Origin: Patescibacteria group bacterium
Lineage (GTDB): Bacteria; Patescibacteriota; Minisyncoccia; Phycocordibacterales; BOKC01
Assembly: GCA_038062955.1 (NCBI GenBank)
Contig: JBBTWE010000001.1
Coordinates: 182,304-246,303, forward strand
DNA: 64,000 nt
Direction: 5' to 3'
The translations under genes were made by a program, and so were the position numbers. Of this stretch, positions 53,428 through 62,730 are shown one piece after another. Position 1 is the stretch's first letter. Each line of letters opens with the position of its first letter. The notes below the pieces were generated by a model. The model saw nothing but the letters and a program-made list of their open reading frames with translations, had not been told where the DNA came from and did not search any database.

Positions 53428-54432
53428 CTATTTGTTAAGCGCTAATATTATAACGTGATCAAGGAACTCTCCCAAACTTGTTCCAGCGGCTTTCAAAGAT
53501 TTTGGCAGAAGAGATTCAGTAGTAAGTCCGGGTAAAGTATTTACTTCAAGAATATATATCTCTCCGTTATCCGAGAGGATCATGTCTGTTCTAGAATAAT
53601 GTCGGAGGCCGAGTGCTTTGTGAGCCTGAAGAGCAATATCCTGTACGTTCTTCGTGATATTTGGAGGAAGCTGTGCGGGACAAATTTCCTGCGTCTTTCC
53701 ACCGTATTTTGCCTCGTAATCAAAAAATTCCGAACCGACAGGCTTTATTTCAACCGGAGGCAAAGGGAAAACAGAACCGTCATCCAAACTATCGACAACA
53801 CCGCAGGTTACTTCCCTACCCTTCACAAATTCCTCCACCAATACTTGCGAAGAATATTTAAAAGCGTATTCAATCGCTCCTTTGAATTCTTCAAAAGTGT
53901 TGGAAATCCGTACACCTAGAGACGATCCGGAAGTCGCAGGCTTTGTTACCAAAGGCTTGTTTAGGGTGTTAAATATTTCAAATATCTCCAGATAATTCGT
54001 TTTGTTTTTATTGAGTGTTGCGCCTCTTGCGGTTTTTATTCCCTCTCTTATAAAGACTTTCTTTGATAAATCCTTATTCATTGCAACCGATGAGGAAAAA
54101 GAATCGGAACCTGTGTATGGAACATTATGAGCTTCAAGAATTTTCTGCAGTTTTCCGTCTTCGCCATATTCGCCATGAAGGCCATTAAACACAACGTCTA
54201 AGTGTTTGAGAATATTTTCCGGCTCCTGAATCATTCCATCAAAGTGCCATTTTCCGTTCTCGTCAATATAAATATCGACTGGATGATATTTATTTCCCAA
54301 ATGTTCTAAAACAGTCGCACCAGTTTTTAGAGAGACATCGTGTTCTCCGGATGGCCCTCCACGCAAAACCCCCACTCTAATTTTAGAGGTTTTATTTTTT
54401 CTGTGTGCCAAATGATCTTTCATAACAAACAT
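53428..54432 (-). CDS. ddl: D-alanine--D-alanine ligase
   Basis: ATP-grasp; VGVLRGGPSGEHDVSLKTG N-terminal motif. Confidence 0.85.
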   Translation of the reverse strand: MFVMKDHLAHRKNKTSKIRVGVLRGGPSGEHDVSLKTGATVLEHLGNKYHPVDIYIDENGKWHFDGMIQEPENILKHLDVVFNGLHGEYGEDGKLQKILEAHNVPYTGSDSFSSSVAMNKDLSKKVFIREGIKTARGATLNKNKTNYLEIFEIFNTLNKPLVTKPATSGSSLGVRISNTFEEFKGAIEYAFKYSSQVLVEEFVKGREVTCGVVDSLDDGSVFPLPPVEIKPVGSEFFDYEAKYGGKTQEICPAQLPPNITKNVQDIALQAHKALGLRHYSRTDMILSDNGEIYILEVNTLPGLTTESLLPKSLKAAGTSLGEFLDHVIILALNK

Positions 54433-54512
54433 TATACCAAAGATAAATCATAAATCTTATATCTAAAATCTGAAATTATTGACGTGGTTGACTACACCAA
54501 AGTAATATATTA

Positions 54513-55460
54513 ATGTCTATATCAGATTCGGACACATCGTCCGAAAGTAATCCGCGAAATTCCGCGGGCAGTTCTTTCAAAAAAGAGGGTCTCGTGAATA
54601 CGGAAACAAGAAAGATTGGTCTTGCCTGCTTCATCGGTGGTTTCCTCGGTTGTATCGTGGCGCTCATCTGTACACCGGCCTTCTGGTGGCTCGGTCTCAT
54701 TGCTGGGTTTGCGGGTGGCTACGTGAGCTACGAGTTCCGTTCGGTGCTTCAGGCGATTCCCAAGGCGTTTTTGCAGGTGCAGAAGGAATTCAGTCTCGAT
54801 TTCGTGAGAGCTTGTTTTCAGGGAACAAAAAAATGGTTTGCCAAGCCTCATCCGATTGTTTACTTCGGGCTGTGTTCAGGACTCTTGTGGACCATCATTG
54901 AGGTACTGTTTGATGTTAGTCCTCCAAAGAGATTGGATGGCCAATTACCCCAAATAGACGATTTCGTTGCTCTCTATCTCATCACTTTCCTTGGGTCTGG
55001 ATTCTGTTCCGGGCTTATTGGTGTTACTGTCGTGTTGATAGGAGCTCGTGATGAGATTGGTTTCGTGCCAGACGATTTTTTTGGTGGGTATAGAGAAGCT
55101 CTCAACCACGCCACTGTCGGAGTCGGTCGAGTTCTGAAGTTCGTCTTCTGGACAGCCAGCGTGAAGATCGTTCTGTGGACCATACCGAAGTGGGTATTTC
55201 TAGTGATCTTTGTCTTGGGAGCATGGTGCTGGGAACTCTTCAAGATCATCCACTCGGACAAGCGTCTGCTCTGTGGAGTAGACAGCGCAATTGGTGTGGC
55301 AACAGGCTACATCTTGGCCTTGGGGCAATCCGCTTCATTGGTTGAGTCCTTGTTCTTCTCCACTTATGCCGGACTCATTGGAGCGGTACTCGGGATTCTC
55401 AACTGGGAGCTCGTTTCCAAGCGATGGCTCAAGGTACCCGTGAAGGTAAGAGCGGATTAG
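54513..55460 (+). CDS. hypothetical polytopic membrane protein (GC-rich island N, 315 aa)
   Basis: 8 or more predicted TM segments; TTGAC promoter-like boxes at 54465-54500; hairpin plus T6 terminator at 55468-55515. Confidence 0.5.
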   Translation: MSISDSDTSSESNPRNSAGSSFKKEGLVNTETRKIGLACFIGGFLGCIVALICTPAFWWLGLIAGFAGGYVSYEFRSVLQAIPKAFLQVQKEFSLDFVRACFQGTKKWFAKPHPIVYFGLCSGLLWTIIEVLFDVSPPKRLDGQLPQIDDFVALYLITFLGSGFCSGLIGVTVVLIGARDEIGFVPDDFFGGYREALNHATVGVGRVLKFVFWTASVKIVLWTIPKWVFLVIFVLGAWCWELFKIIHSDKRLLCGVDSAIGVATGYILALGQSASLVESLFFSTYAGLIGAVLGILNWELVSKRWLKVPVKVRAD

Positions 55461-55549
55461 TATCGTCACATCGGCGGTCTTGTAGACAGAAATGTCTCGA
55501 CCGCCGATTTTTTATTATACAGATATAGGAATAGGAGTTTTTAAACAAT

Positions 55550-55852
55550 TTATCTATATTCCAGTTTTTTGCAAAATACTAGAATATCTTGAGCAAGAGG
55601 AGTAAGTTTGTGTCGAACATTAACACCGTCACTTCTTTTTAAAATGAGATCCGCAATAAATAATTTTCGAATGTGGTCAGAAGTATTTGTATAACCGCAT
55701 TTAATTCTCTCTGAAATTTCGTCTACTGAAAGTTCTGGTTCTTCCTTAAGTAATTCTAGTATTTGAATCCTTCTTTTATTAGCAAATCCTTTTATGATTA
55801 TCTCTAATCTTTTGTATGATCTCGCATGAGTTTCTTTTTGTGCGACTTTCAT
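55550..55852 (-). CDS. ArsR/SmtB-family transcriptional regulator
   Basis: ANKRRIQILELL...LSVDEISERI...HIRKL winged-HTH motifs. Confidence 0.75.
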   Translation of the reverse strand: MKVAQKETHARSYKRLEIIIKGFANKRRIQILELLKEEPELSVDEISERIKCGYTNTSDHIRKLFIADLILKRSDGVNVRHKLTPLAQDILVFCKKLEYR

Positions 55853-55865
55853 AGAATATTAATTA

Positions 55866-55905
55866 TACTCTATTCCGATATTTTGCAAAATTACGGAATA
55901 GAGTA
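55866..55905. promoter_or_regulatory. 12-16-12 perfect inverted repeat TACTCTATTCCG-N16-CGGAATAGAGTA immediately upstream of the ArsR-family gene (putative autoregulatory operator)
   Basis: perfect 12-bp arms; the spacer itself is the near-palindrome atattttgcaaaatta; a related ttttgcaaaat motif lies at 55570-55585. Confidence 0.55.
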
Positions 55906-55947
55906 AATAAGATAGAAATTTATACTAGAACTCGATTCATACCGGTA

Positions 55948-57237
55948 TTACTCAATTTTGTCGCGGAGGTTGCGGTGGTAATTGATAGCAAACCTATGCG
56001 CTTCGAGGTTAGACAACAAGATTTCTTGTTCGTACTTTTCTATAAGAGCAGGGTCTCCTAGAATCATTTTTTGTTTGTGTCTTTCGTCCTTGGTAACTGC
56101 AACTACAGGAATAGTCAGCTTTTCTTCTTCGAGTACCGCTTCTATCGCATTTTTTTGGGCCACAGCTCCATCCACAACGATTAAATTCGGTAACAACCAT
56201 TCTTTATGTCCAAGCCTCCTTTTTAGGATTTCTTTTAATGCAGCCACATCATTAATCCCTGGATTTATTTTGATTTTGAATTTGCGGTAGTCAGATTTTT
56301 TGAGTCTTTTGCCTTCTACAACAACCATCGCTCCGACAACGTGGGTACCCATAATATGTGCAATGTCATAACTTTCGATTCGAAATTCTTTTTCCATGGT
56401 GCCGAGAGTTTCTATACTACTTGTCGTAAAATCTCTATTTATTAAAGAAACATCCTGAATATGCTTTAGGGCAAAAATCTTGTTCCTAATAATTTGTGCT
56501 TCTTCAAATTTCTCTTCTTTGGCAAGTTGCGACATCTGTTTCTCAAGATTCTTCAAAAGCTTCTTTTTCTGCCCAGAAAGAAATAATTTGATGTTTTTTA
56601 CCGTTTCTCCGTAGAATTTTTTATCGATTTCGCCACTACAAACCCCAGGACAAAGACCGAGTTGTCGCATAAAACATGGTTTAGAACTTTTTTTGCTTGC
56701 AGGAGTACATTTATCTCTAAAAGGAAAAATTTTTCTGATAATTTTTAAGGCTACTTTCAATAATTGACCTTGAGGAAAAGGACCGAAAATAGAGCTAATG
56801 AATAATGCTTCAGAATTAAGATTTAAGATATTTTTTGAAAAATTAATATCTTTTTGACGAACAATTAAAACTCGCGGAAATTCTTCTTTGGTAATGACAA
56901 CACAGTTAAAGCTTTTTCCATCTTTTTCAGCCGTATTGTATTTTGGCTGATGTCGTTTTATGAGAGCCGCTTCAAGAATCAAAGCTTCAAGACTTGAATC
57001 TGTAATTCTGTGGTTTATTTTTCTAATTTTTTGAACCATATCCAAAATCAAAGGATTCCTGGAATCTTCTAAATTTTTAGCAAAATAACTTCTGACTCGA
57101 TTCTTAAGGGAAGCCGCCTTTCCAATATAAAGAATCTCGTTGTTTTTTCCCAAGAAAAAATAGACACCGGGAGAAGCCGGGAGTTTACTTTTGGTTAGCA
57201 AGTTTGAAAAATTTATTTTTTCCATACCGTATATCAA
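55948..57237 (-). CDS. uvrC: excinuclease ABC subunit C (short form, 429 aa)
   Basis: GIY-YIG N-terminus (PASPGVYFFLGKNNEILYIGKAASLKNRV...), UvrBC and RNase H-like endonuclease region; the C-terminal HhH appears absent. Confidence 0.85.
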   Translation of the reverse strand: MIYGMEKINFSNLLTKSKLPASPGVYFFLGKNNEILYIGKAASLKNRVRSYFAKNLEDSRNPLILDMVQKIRKINHRITDSSLEALILEAALIKRHQPKYNTAEKDGKSFNCVVITKEEFPRVLIVRQKDINFSKNILNLNSEALFISSIFGPFPQGQLLKVALKIIRKIFPFRDKCTPASKKSSKPCFMRQLGLCPGVCSGEIDKKFYGETVKNIKLFLSGQKKKLLKNLEKQMSQLAKEEKFEEAQIIRNKIFALKHIQDVSLINRDFTTSSIETLGTMEKEFRIESYDIAHIMGTHVVGAMVVVEGKRLKKSDYRKFKIKINPGINDVAALKEILKRRLGHKEWLLPNLIVVDGAVAQKNAIEAVLEEEKLTIPVVAVTKDERHKQKMILGDPALIEKYEQEILLSNLEAHRFAINYHRNLRDKIE

Positions 57238-57248
57238 ATACTGTGTAT

Positions 57249-59843
57249 CTACTTTGATTTCTTAAGTACTTTCTTCAAATATTGTCCGGTATAAGAATTT
57301 GTATTTCCAGCAACTTCTTCAGGGGTGCCTCGAGCGATAATTTTTCCTCCTTTTTCTCCTCCTTCTGGGCCAATATCAATTAAGTAATCACAGCTTTTGA
57401 TAAAATCCATGTTGTGTTCAATGACAATTACAGTATTTCCTTTGTCTACCAATTTTTGCAGAATTTCTATGAGTTTCTTAACGTCTTCATAATGAAGCCC
57501 AATTGTCGGCTCATCTAAAAGGTAAATAGTCTTCTGTAAGTGTGGCTTATAAAGCTCAGAAGAGATTTTAATTCTTTGAGCTTCCCCACCAGAGAGAGTT
57601 GTAGCTGATTGGCCGAGCTCTAAATAATCCAAGCCCACTTCCTGCATGGTTTTTAATCTGTCGGAAATCGCTGGGATATCCTGAAAGAAATTTAAAGCCT
57701 CTTCAACGGTCATTTGGAGCACATCGTATATATTTTTCTTTTTATACTTTACTTCGAGAGTCTCTTTCATGAATCTTTTACCGTTGCAGACATCACAAGT
57801 AACATAAACTGTTGGTAAAAAGTGCATTTCAACTTCAATCATGCCATTTCCTCCACAAGCCTCACATCTACCACCTTTGACGTTGAAAGAAAATCGGCTA
57901 GCAGTCCATCCACGAGATCTTGCATCAACTGTTTCTGCAAAAATTTCTCGAATGAAAGTGAAAGCCCCCGTGTAAGTTGCAGGGTTTGATCTTGGAGTGC
58001 GTCCGATTGGCGACTGTTCAATCAATATTGCGCGGGTTAAGTATTCCGAACCAGAAAAAGACTCGCAGTTGAATGTTTCAGCGCTTCTATATCGTCTATC
58101 AAATCTAGCCTGTAAATTTTTATAAAGGATTTCATAAAGAAAAGATGATTTCCCAGAACCAGAAACTCCCGTGACACTGATAAGTTTCCCGAGAGGAATT
58201 TCAACATTCAAACCCTTTATATTAAAAATCTTTCCTCCTTTAATTGTGATTTTACCTTTCTGCGAATCTCTTCTTTCTGGTATGGCAATCATCTTGTCCC
58301 CTCTAAGATAGTCCAAAGTGACAGATCCGCTTTTATTTTTAGCGGCAGTAATAAGATCATCTAAATATCCAGCAACTACAATTTCTCCGCCGTGAACACC
58401 TGCTCCTGGACCAATGTCCACCAAAAAATCAGAAGAAAAAATAGTATCTTCATCGTGCTCCACGACAATTATAGTGTTACCTAAATCACGGAGGGTTTTA
58501 AGAGTAGCAATCAAACGATCGTTATCTCTCTGGTGTAAGCCAATTGTTGGCTCGTCCAGAACGTAGAGCGCTCCTACAAGGCCCGAGCCAAGTTGGGATG
58601 CAAGTCTAATTCTTTGCGCTTCTCCACCTGAAAGAGTGCCTGCTTTTCTGCTCAAAGTTAGATATTCGATGCCGACGTTTAGCATGAATTCAAGTCTTGC
58701 AGAGATTTCTTTTATGAGTGGCTCGGAAATACTTTTTTCTTTAGCGGTTAAATCAAGATTCTTAAAGAAATTAAAGCTGTCCGTGATGTTTAAATCCGTA
58801 ACGTCAATAATGTTTTTGTCATTGATTTTTACATTGAGCGCCTCTTCTCGAAGGCGGCGTCCGCGACACTTTGGACATTTTTCTTCACCCCAAAAATGTT
58901 TGGTTCCTAAACCATTACAATCTGGACACGCTCCATAAGGAGAGTTGAAAGAAAAGATTCTCGGTTCAATCTCTGGATAAGAATAGCCGTCGTTTGGACA
59001 AGAAAATTTTGAAGACCAAATATATTCTTGATTTTTCTCGTCGCTTTCGTTTACAAAAATAATTTTTACAAGCCCATTTGATTCTTCCAGCGCTTTTTCC
59101 AAGTCTTCCGCGAGACGCATCTCGGTATCCTTCACTTTTCCTTTGAAATCTTGAATATCGATCCGATCAACTAATACATCGATGTTGTGCTTAGTATTTT
59201 TCGACAAGAGTATTTGTTCCCGTAATTTTTTTCTCTCTCCATCAACTAAAACTTCGGAGTAACCCTTATTTAAAAAATCATATAGAAGCTGATAATATTC
59301 TCCCTTTCTACCTCTTACAACAGGAGAGAACATTTCGACGCTTTTGATATTTTCTTTATTTCGACTACTTGTTCTAACTTGTTTTAAAATCAATCCTTTG
59401 ATTTCTTCGTTCGAAACTTTTCTGATTATTTGTCCACAAGTAAGACAAAGTGGATGTCCAATTCTTGCGTAAAGAATCCTTAAATAATCATATATTTCTG
59501 TGATGGTTGCGACGGTTGAGCGTGGATTGCTTGAATGTGATTTTTGGTCAATCGAAATTGCGGGAGAAAGACCTGTTATCTCATCAACGTCTGGTTTCTG
59601 CATCTGTCTTAGAAATTGTCTTGCATAAGAAGACAAGGATTCAATGTAACGTCTTTGTCCTTCGGCAAAAATAGTATCAAACGCCAAAGAAGACTTTCCT
59701 GATCCAGAAAGTCCCGTGAAAGCGATAATTTTATTTCGAGGTAGCTCCAAACTGATATTTTTCAGATTGTGAGTTCTAGCCCCTTTTATAACGATTTTTT
59801 GAGCCCCATTTATATTTTCGTGTGGATTTGGCATAAAATACAA
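57249..59843 (-). CDS. uvrA: excinuclease ABC subunit A
   Basis: two ABC ATPase modules (GLSGSGKSSLAFDTI..., GVSGSGKSS...), zinc-finger Cys motifs. Confidence 0.95.
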   Translation of the reverse strand: MYFMPNPHENINGAQKIVIKGARTHNLKNISLELPRNKIIAFTGLSGSGKSSLAFDTIFAEGQRRYIESLSSYARQFLRQMQKPDVDEITGLSPAISIDQKSHSSNPRSTVATITEIYDYLRILYARIGHPLCLTCGQIIRKVSNEEIKGLILKQVRTSSRNKENIKSVEMFSPVVRGRKGEYYQLLYDFLNKGYSEVLVDGERKKLREQILLSKNTKHNIDVLVDRIDIQDFKGKVKDTEMRLAEDLEKALEESNGLVKIIFVNESDEKNQEYIWSSKFSCPNDGYSYPEIEPRIFSFNSPYGACPDCNGLGTKHFWGEEKCPKCRGRRLREEALNVKINDKNIIDVTDLNITDSFNFFKNLDLTAKEKSISEPLIKEISARLEFMLNVGIEYLTLSRKAGTLSGGEAQRIRLASQLGSGLVGALYVLDEPTIGLHQRDNDRLIATLKTLRDLGNTIIVVEHDEDTIFSSDFLVDIGPGAGVHGGEIVVAGYLDDLITAAKNKSGSVTLDYLRGDKMIAIPERRDSQKGKITIKGGKIFNIKGLNVEIPLGKLISVTGVSGSGKSSFLYEILYKNLQARFDRRYRSAETFNCESFSGSEYLTRAILIEQSPIGRTPRSNPATYTGAFTFIREIFAETVDARSRGWTASRFSFNVKGGRCEACGGNGMIEVEMHFLPTVYVTCDVCNGKRFMKETLEVKYKKKNIYDVLQMTVEEALNFFQDIPAISDRLKTMQEVGLDYLELGQSATTLSGGEAQRIKISSELYKPHLQKTIYLLDEPTIGLHYEDVKKLIEILQKLVDKGNTVIVIEHNMDFIKSCDYLIDIGPEGGEKGGKIIARGTPEEVAGNTNSYTGQYLKKVLKKSK

Positions 59844-59939
59844 AATAACCCCTTGGTTCGAGGTATATAGATGATATAGAGTATCACAGGATAAACTTAG
59901 GGCAAAGACTCAATTCCAAACATTGAATCGCACGTTCAT

Positions 59940-60350
59940 TTACATTTTCCTTCTTAGAATATTTTCAATTTCCGTAATAATATCCTGAAAACTTATTGCG
60001 GTTTTTATAAAATACTTTTCAACTCCAAGGGCAAAAGCTTTATCAATATTTTCTTGTCCGCCGACATTTGAAAGAATCATGACAGGTGTACTTTTTAGTC
60101 TCTCATCTTCTCTTATTTTCTCTAAAACTTTAAAACCACCCATTCCAGGAAGTAAGATATCTAAGATAATCAAATCAGGATTTTCCTCACCAACTACTTT
60201 CACAGCTTCTTCGCCTGTTGAAATAAATACTAAAGTGCAACCAGTTTCGCTCAAACGCTTGGTCATGAGGGCGCTAAAAAACTCGTCGTCCTCAATCCAC
60301 ATTATTTTCTTATGTAGAAAAAATTTATTTTGTTTTTTGGTATTTTCCAT
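59940..60350 (-). CDS. single-domain response regulator (receiver only)
   Basis: KKIMWIEDDEF...LIILDILLPGMGGF...K CheY-like motifs. Confidence 0.8.
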   Translation of the reverse strand: MENTKKQNKFFLHKKIMWIEDDEFFSALMTKRLSETGCTLVFISTGEEAVKVVGEENPDLIILDILLPGMGGFKVLEKIREDERLKSTPVMILSNVGGQENIDKAFALGVEKYFIKTAISFQDIITEIENILRRKM

Positions 60351-60380
60351 ATGGCTTACATTCTGAATTGTCTGGTTGTT

Positions 60381-61175
60381 CTAGGCTCTGGAAGCGGCTT
60401 GTTTATTAAGTAAAATCATCTGAATTTCTCGAACGATATCATCAAGTACAACGGTTGCTTTGGTTAAGAACCGATCGGCTCCCAAGATTTTAGTTTTTTC
60501 CATCTCATTATTTTGAGTGAAATTTGATAGAACAATGACAGGAATATCCTTTAACCCTGGATCTTTTTTGATATATTCCAAGACCTCAAAACCGCTTATC
60601 CCAGGCAAAAGCAAGTCTAAAAGTATCAAATCAGGTTTTTCTTTTTTCAAAAGTTCAAGGGCTTCTTCGCCTGTCCTACTAAAAAGCAATTTGCATTTTT
60701 GTTGAGTTAATTTTCGAGCAATTAAGTCACTTAAGAACTTATCGTCTTCCACCCACATTATTTTTTTGTCGACAAGCAGATTATTTTCTCTTGTTTTCCT
60801 TTCGGATATTGAAAGGACGCTCTTTATTTTAGTTATAACTTCTTCAGCATTGAATTGTGATTTTACTATGTAATCACGAACGCCCAAATCTAATACGTTT
60901 CTGATTTCTTCGGCGTCACCAGATGGAGAAATAATTATAATTGGGATTCCGGAAATTTCAGGATTCTCTTTCTTTTCTCGGAGAACTTTTAATGCGTTTA
61001 CTGACAAAAGCTCCATATCCAAAATGACCACTTCCGGTTTAAAAAGTTTCATCTGATCAATGGCCACTGCTCCATTATTGATATAAAGAGTTTCGTATCC
61101 TTCTTTTTTTACCTTTTCATTTATTATGTTCCCCAAAAAAAGGTCTTCTTCTATTACAATTAATATTTTAGACAT
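60381..61175 (-). CDS. tandem-receiver response regulator (REC-REC, no output domain)
   Basis: two CheY-like modules (VVILDMELL... and LILLDLLLPGISGF...). Confidence 0.8.
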   Translation of the reverse strand: MSKILIVIEEDLFLGNIINEKVKKEGYETLYINNGAVAIDQMKLFKPEVVILDMELLSVNALKVLREKKENPEISGIPIIIISPSGDAEEIRNVLDLGVRDYIVKSQFNAEEVITKIKSVLSISERKTRENNLLVDKKIMWVEDDKFLSDLIARKLTQQKCKLLFSRTGEEALELLKKEKPDLILLDLLLPGISGFEVLEYIKKDPGLKDIPVIVLSNFTQNNEMEKTKILGADRFLTKATVVLDDIVREIQMILLNKQAASRA

Positions 61176-61246
61176 AAAATTAGGTTCTAGTAAATTAGGT
61201 GTCAGGTTTTTTGAGTTTCTATTTTCTCTTTATTTTATCGTGAAAA

Positions 61247-62680
61247 TCATGCGTTAGCAATTGGTAGTGTGAACATGAATTTTGTACCATGATTTTCTTG
61301 ACTTTCAAAGCTTATGTTTCCACCATGCTTTTCAATGATACTTTTTATTATAAACAATCCTAGACCGGTACCATTCGTCTCCAATTTGATCGCATTTTGA
61401 GCTCGAAAGAACTTTTTGAAAAGATTAGGCTGTTCACTTGTTGGAATGCCTATTCCATTATCTTCCACTGATACTTTTAATTTGTTGCCTTCTCGTAAAA
61501 TGATTATTTTAATCCAGCCATTCCTTTTTGAATATTTAACTGCGTTTTCTATCAAATTTTGAAAGACCGCTCTCATTTTTTGCGGATCGACGAAAGCTCT
61601 TGGTATATCTTTTTCTGATTGAACTTCAATCTTTATATTTTTTTTCTCAACAGGTGATCTGAAATCAGGAAGAATATTGGAAATCAAATCTAGCAAATTA
61701 ATTTCAACTGGAGAAAAATCTGCTGTCTTAAACTCCGCTTTGTCGGCGCCCAACATATCTTGGATTAAATTGATTATTCTTTCATTACTTTCGTATGTCT
61801 TTAAAAGAAGCATCCTTTGGTCAGTGTTTAGCTTGCCGCTTGATTCTTCAAGTAAAATGTTAAGTGTCCACTTTATGGCTGAAAGAGGTGTTCGGAGTTG
61901 GTGAGCAACAGTGGAGACGAAATCCCTTCTGTCCATATCCAGTTTGCTTATCTCGGCATTTTCTTTTTTGAGCTCTAAATCTTTTCTGACCAACCTTCTG
62001 GCAAATGAGTTATATTCTTCATTTAATAATTTCAATTTCTCGGATTGCAGCTGGGTCTGTCTCTTACTTTCTGAAAGCTGCATCTCTCTTTTTTTGAGTG
62101 CAGATGAAAGATATCCGGACAATGATCCGACAATGAAATAAACGGCCGTAATGACGACGGTTGTGGAGAGTTTAGATAAAAATTCTGCGTATTCCAACTT
62201 ACCTTGTCCGGAATAGCCAAAAATGTTCTGGACCATGCCATAATTTTCGAGTAGAAGGTAGCCGTTTATAAGTGATCCAGATACCAGGGCTATAAATAAA
62301 GACCCAAGCGGACTAAAAAGAATAATCGAGGAAACTATTGGAATAAAGAAGAAAATTGGAGCCACATTTTCGACACCGCCTGAAAAATGCAAAACTATCA
62401 TAAAGAAAGCTAGTTCCGCGAGTATCTGACAAGTTCCGAACAAATTGACCCACTTAACATTGTTTGCAAATTCTAATTTTTTTATAATAACCAGAAATAT
62501 GACGTTGATTAAAATAAATATTGAGAAGAGTAAAAGCATCATCGGTAAAGGGAAAACATTTTCTCCCAAAGGATCAAGTTTTGAAAGAAGGCCCATAGCA
62601 AAAATGGCCGGAGCATAAAACCACCGTGCCACAATGAGCCATTTATTGGCTTCGAACTTATTACTGTGAACCAATTTCAT
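61247..62680 (-). CDS. membrane sensor histidine kinase
   Basis: multiple N-terminal TM, H-box VSTVAHQLRTPLSAI, N/G1/G2 boxes (GTGLGLFI...). Confidence 0.85.
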   Translation of the reverse strand: MKLVHSNKFEANKWLIVARWFYAPAIFAMGLLSKLDPLGENVFPLPMMLLLFSIFILINVIFLVIIKKLEFANNVKWVNLFGTCQILAELAFFMIVLHFSGGVENVAPIFFFIPIVSSIILFSPLGSLFIALVSGSLINGYLLLENYGMVQNIFGYSGQGKLEYAEFLSKLSTTVVITAVYFIVGSLSGYLSSALKKREMQLSESKRQTQLQSEKLKLLNEEYNSFARRLVRKDLELKKENAEISKLDMDRRDFVSTVAHQLRTPLSAIKWTLNILLEESSGKLNTDQRMLLLKTYESNERIINLIQDMLGADKAEFKTADFSPVEINLLDLISNILPDFRSPVEKKNIKIEVQSEKDIPRAFVDPQKMRAVFQNLIENAVKYSKRNGWIKIIILREGNKLKVSVEDNGIGIPTSEQPNLFKKFFRAQNAIKLETNGTGLGLFIIKSIIEKHGGNISFESQENHGTKFMFTLPIANA

Positions 62681-62730
62681 ATTACGATTATATCAGAAGA
62701 CGATAAACTTTTATTTTATTGTTGTGGATA

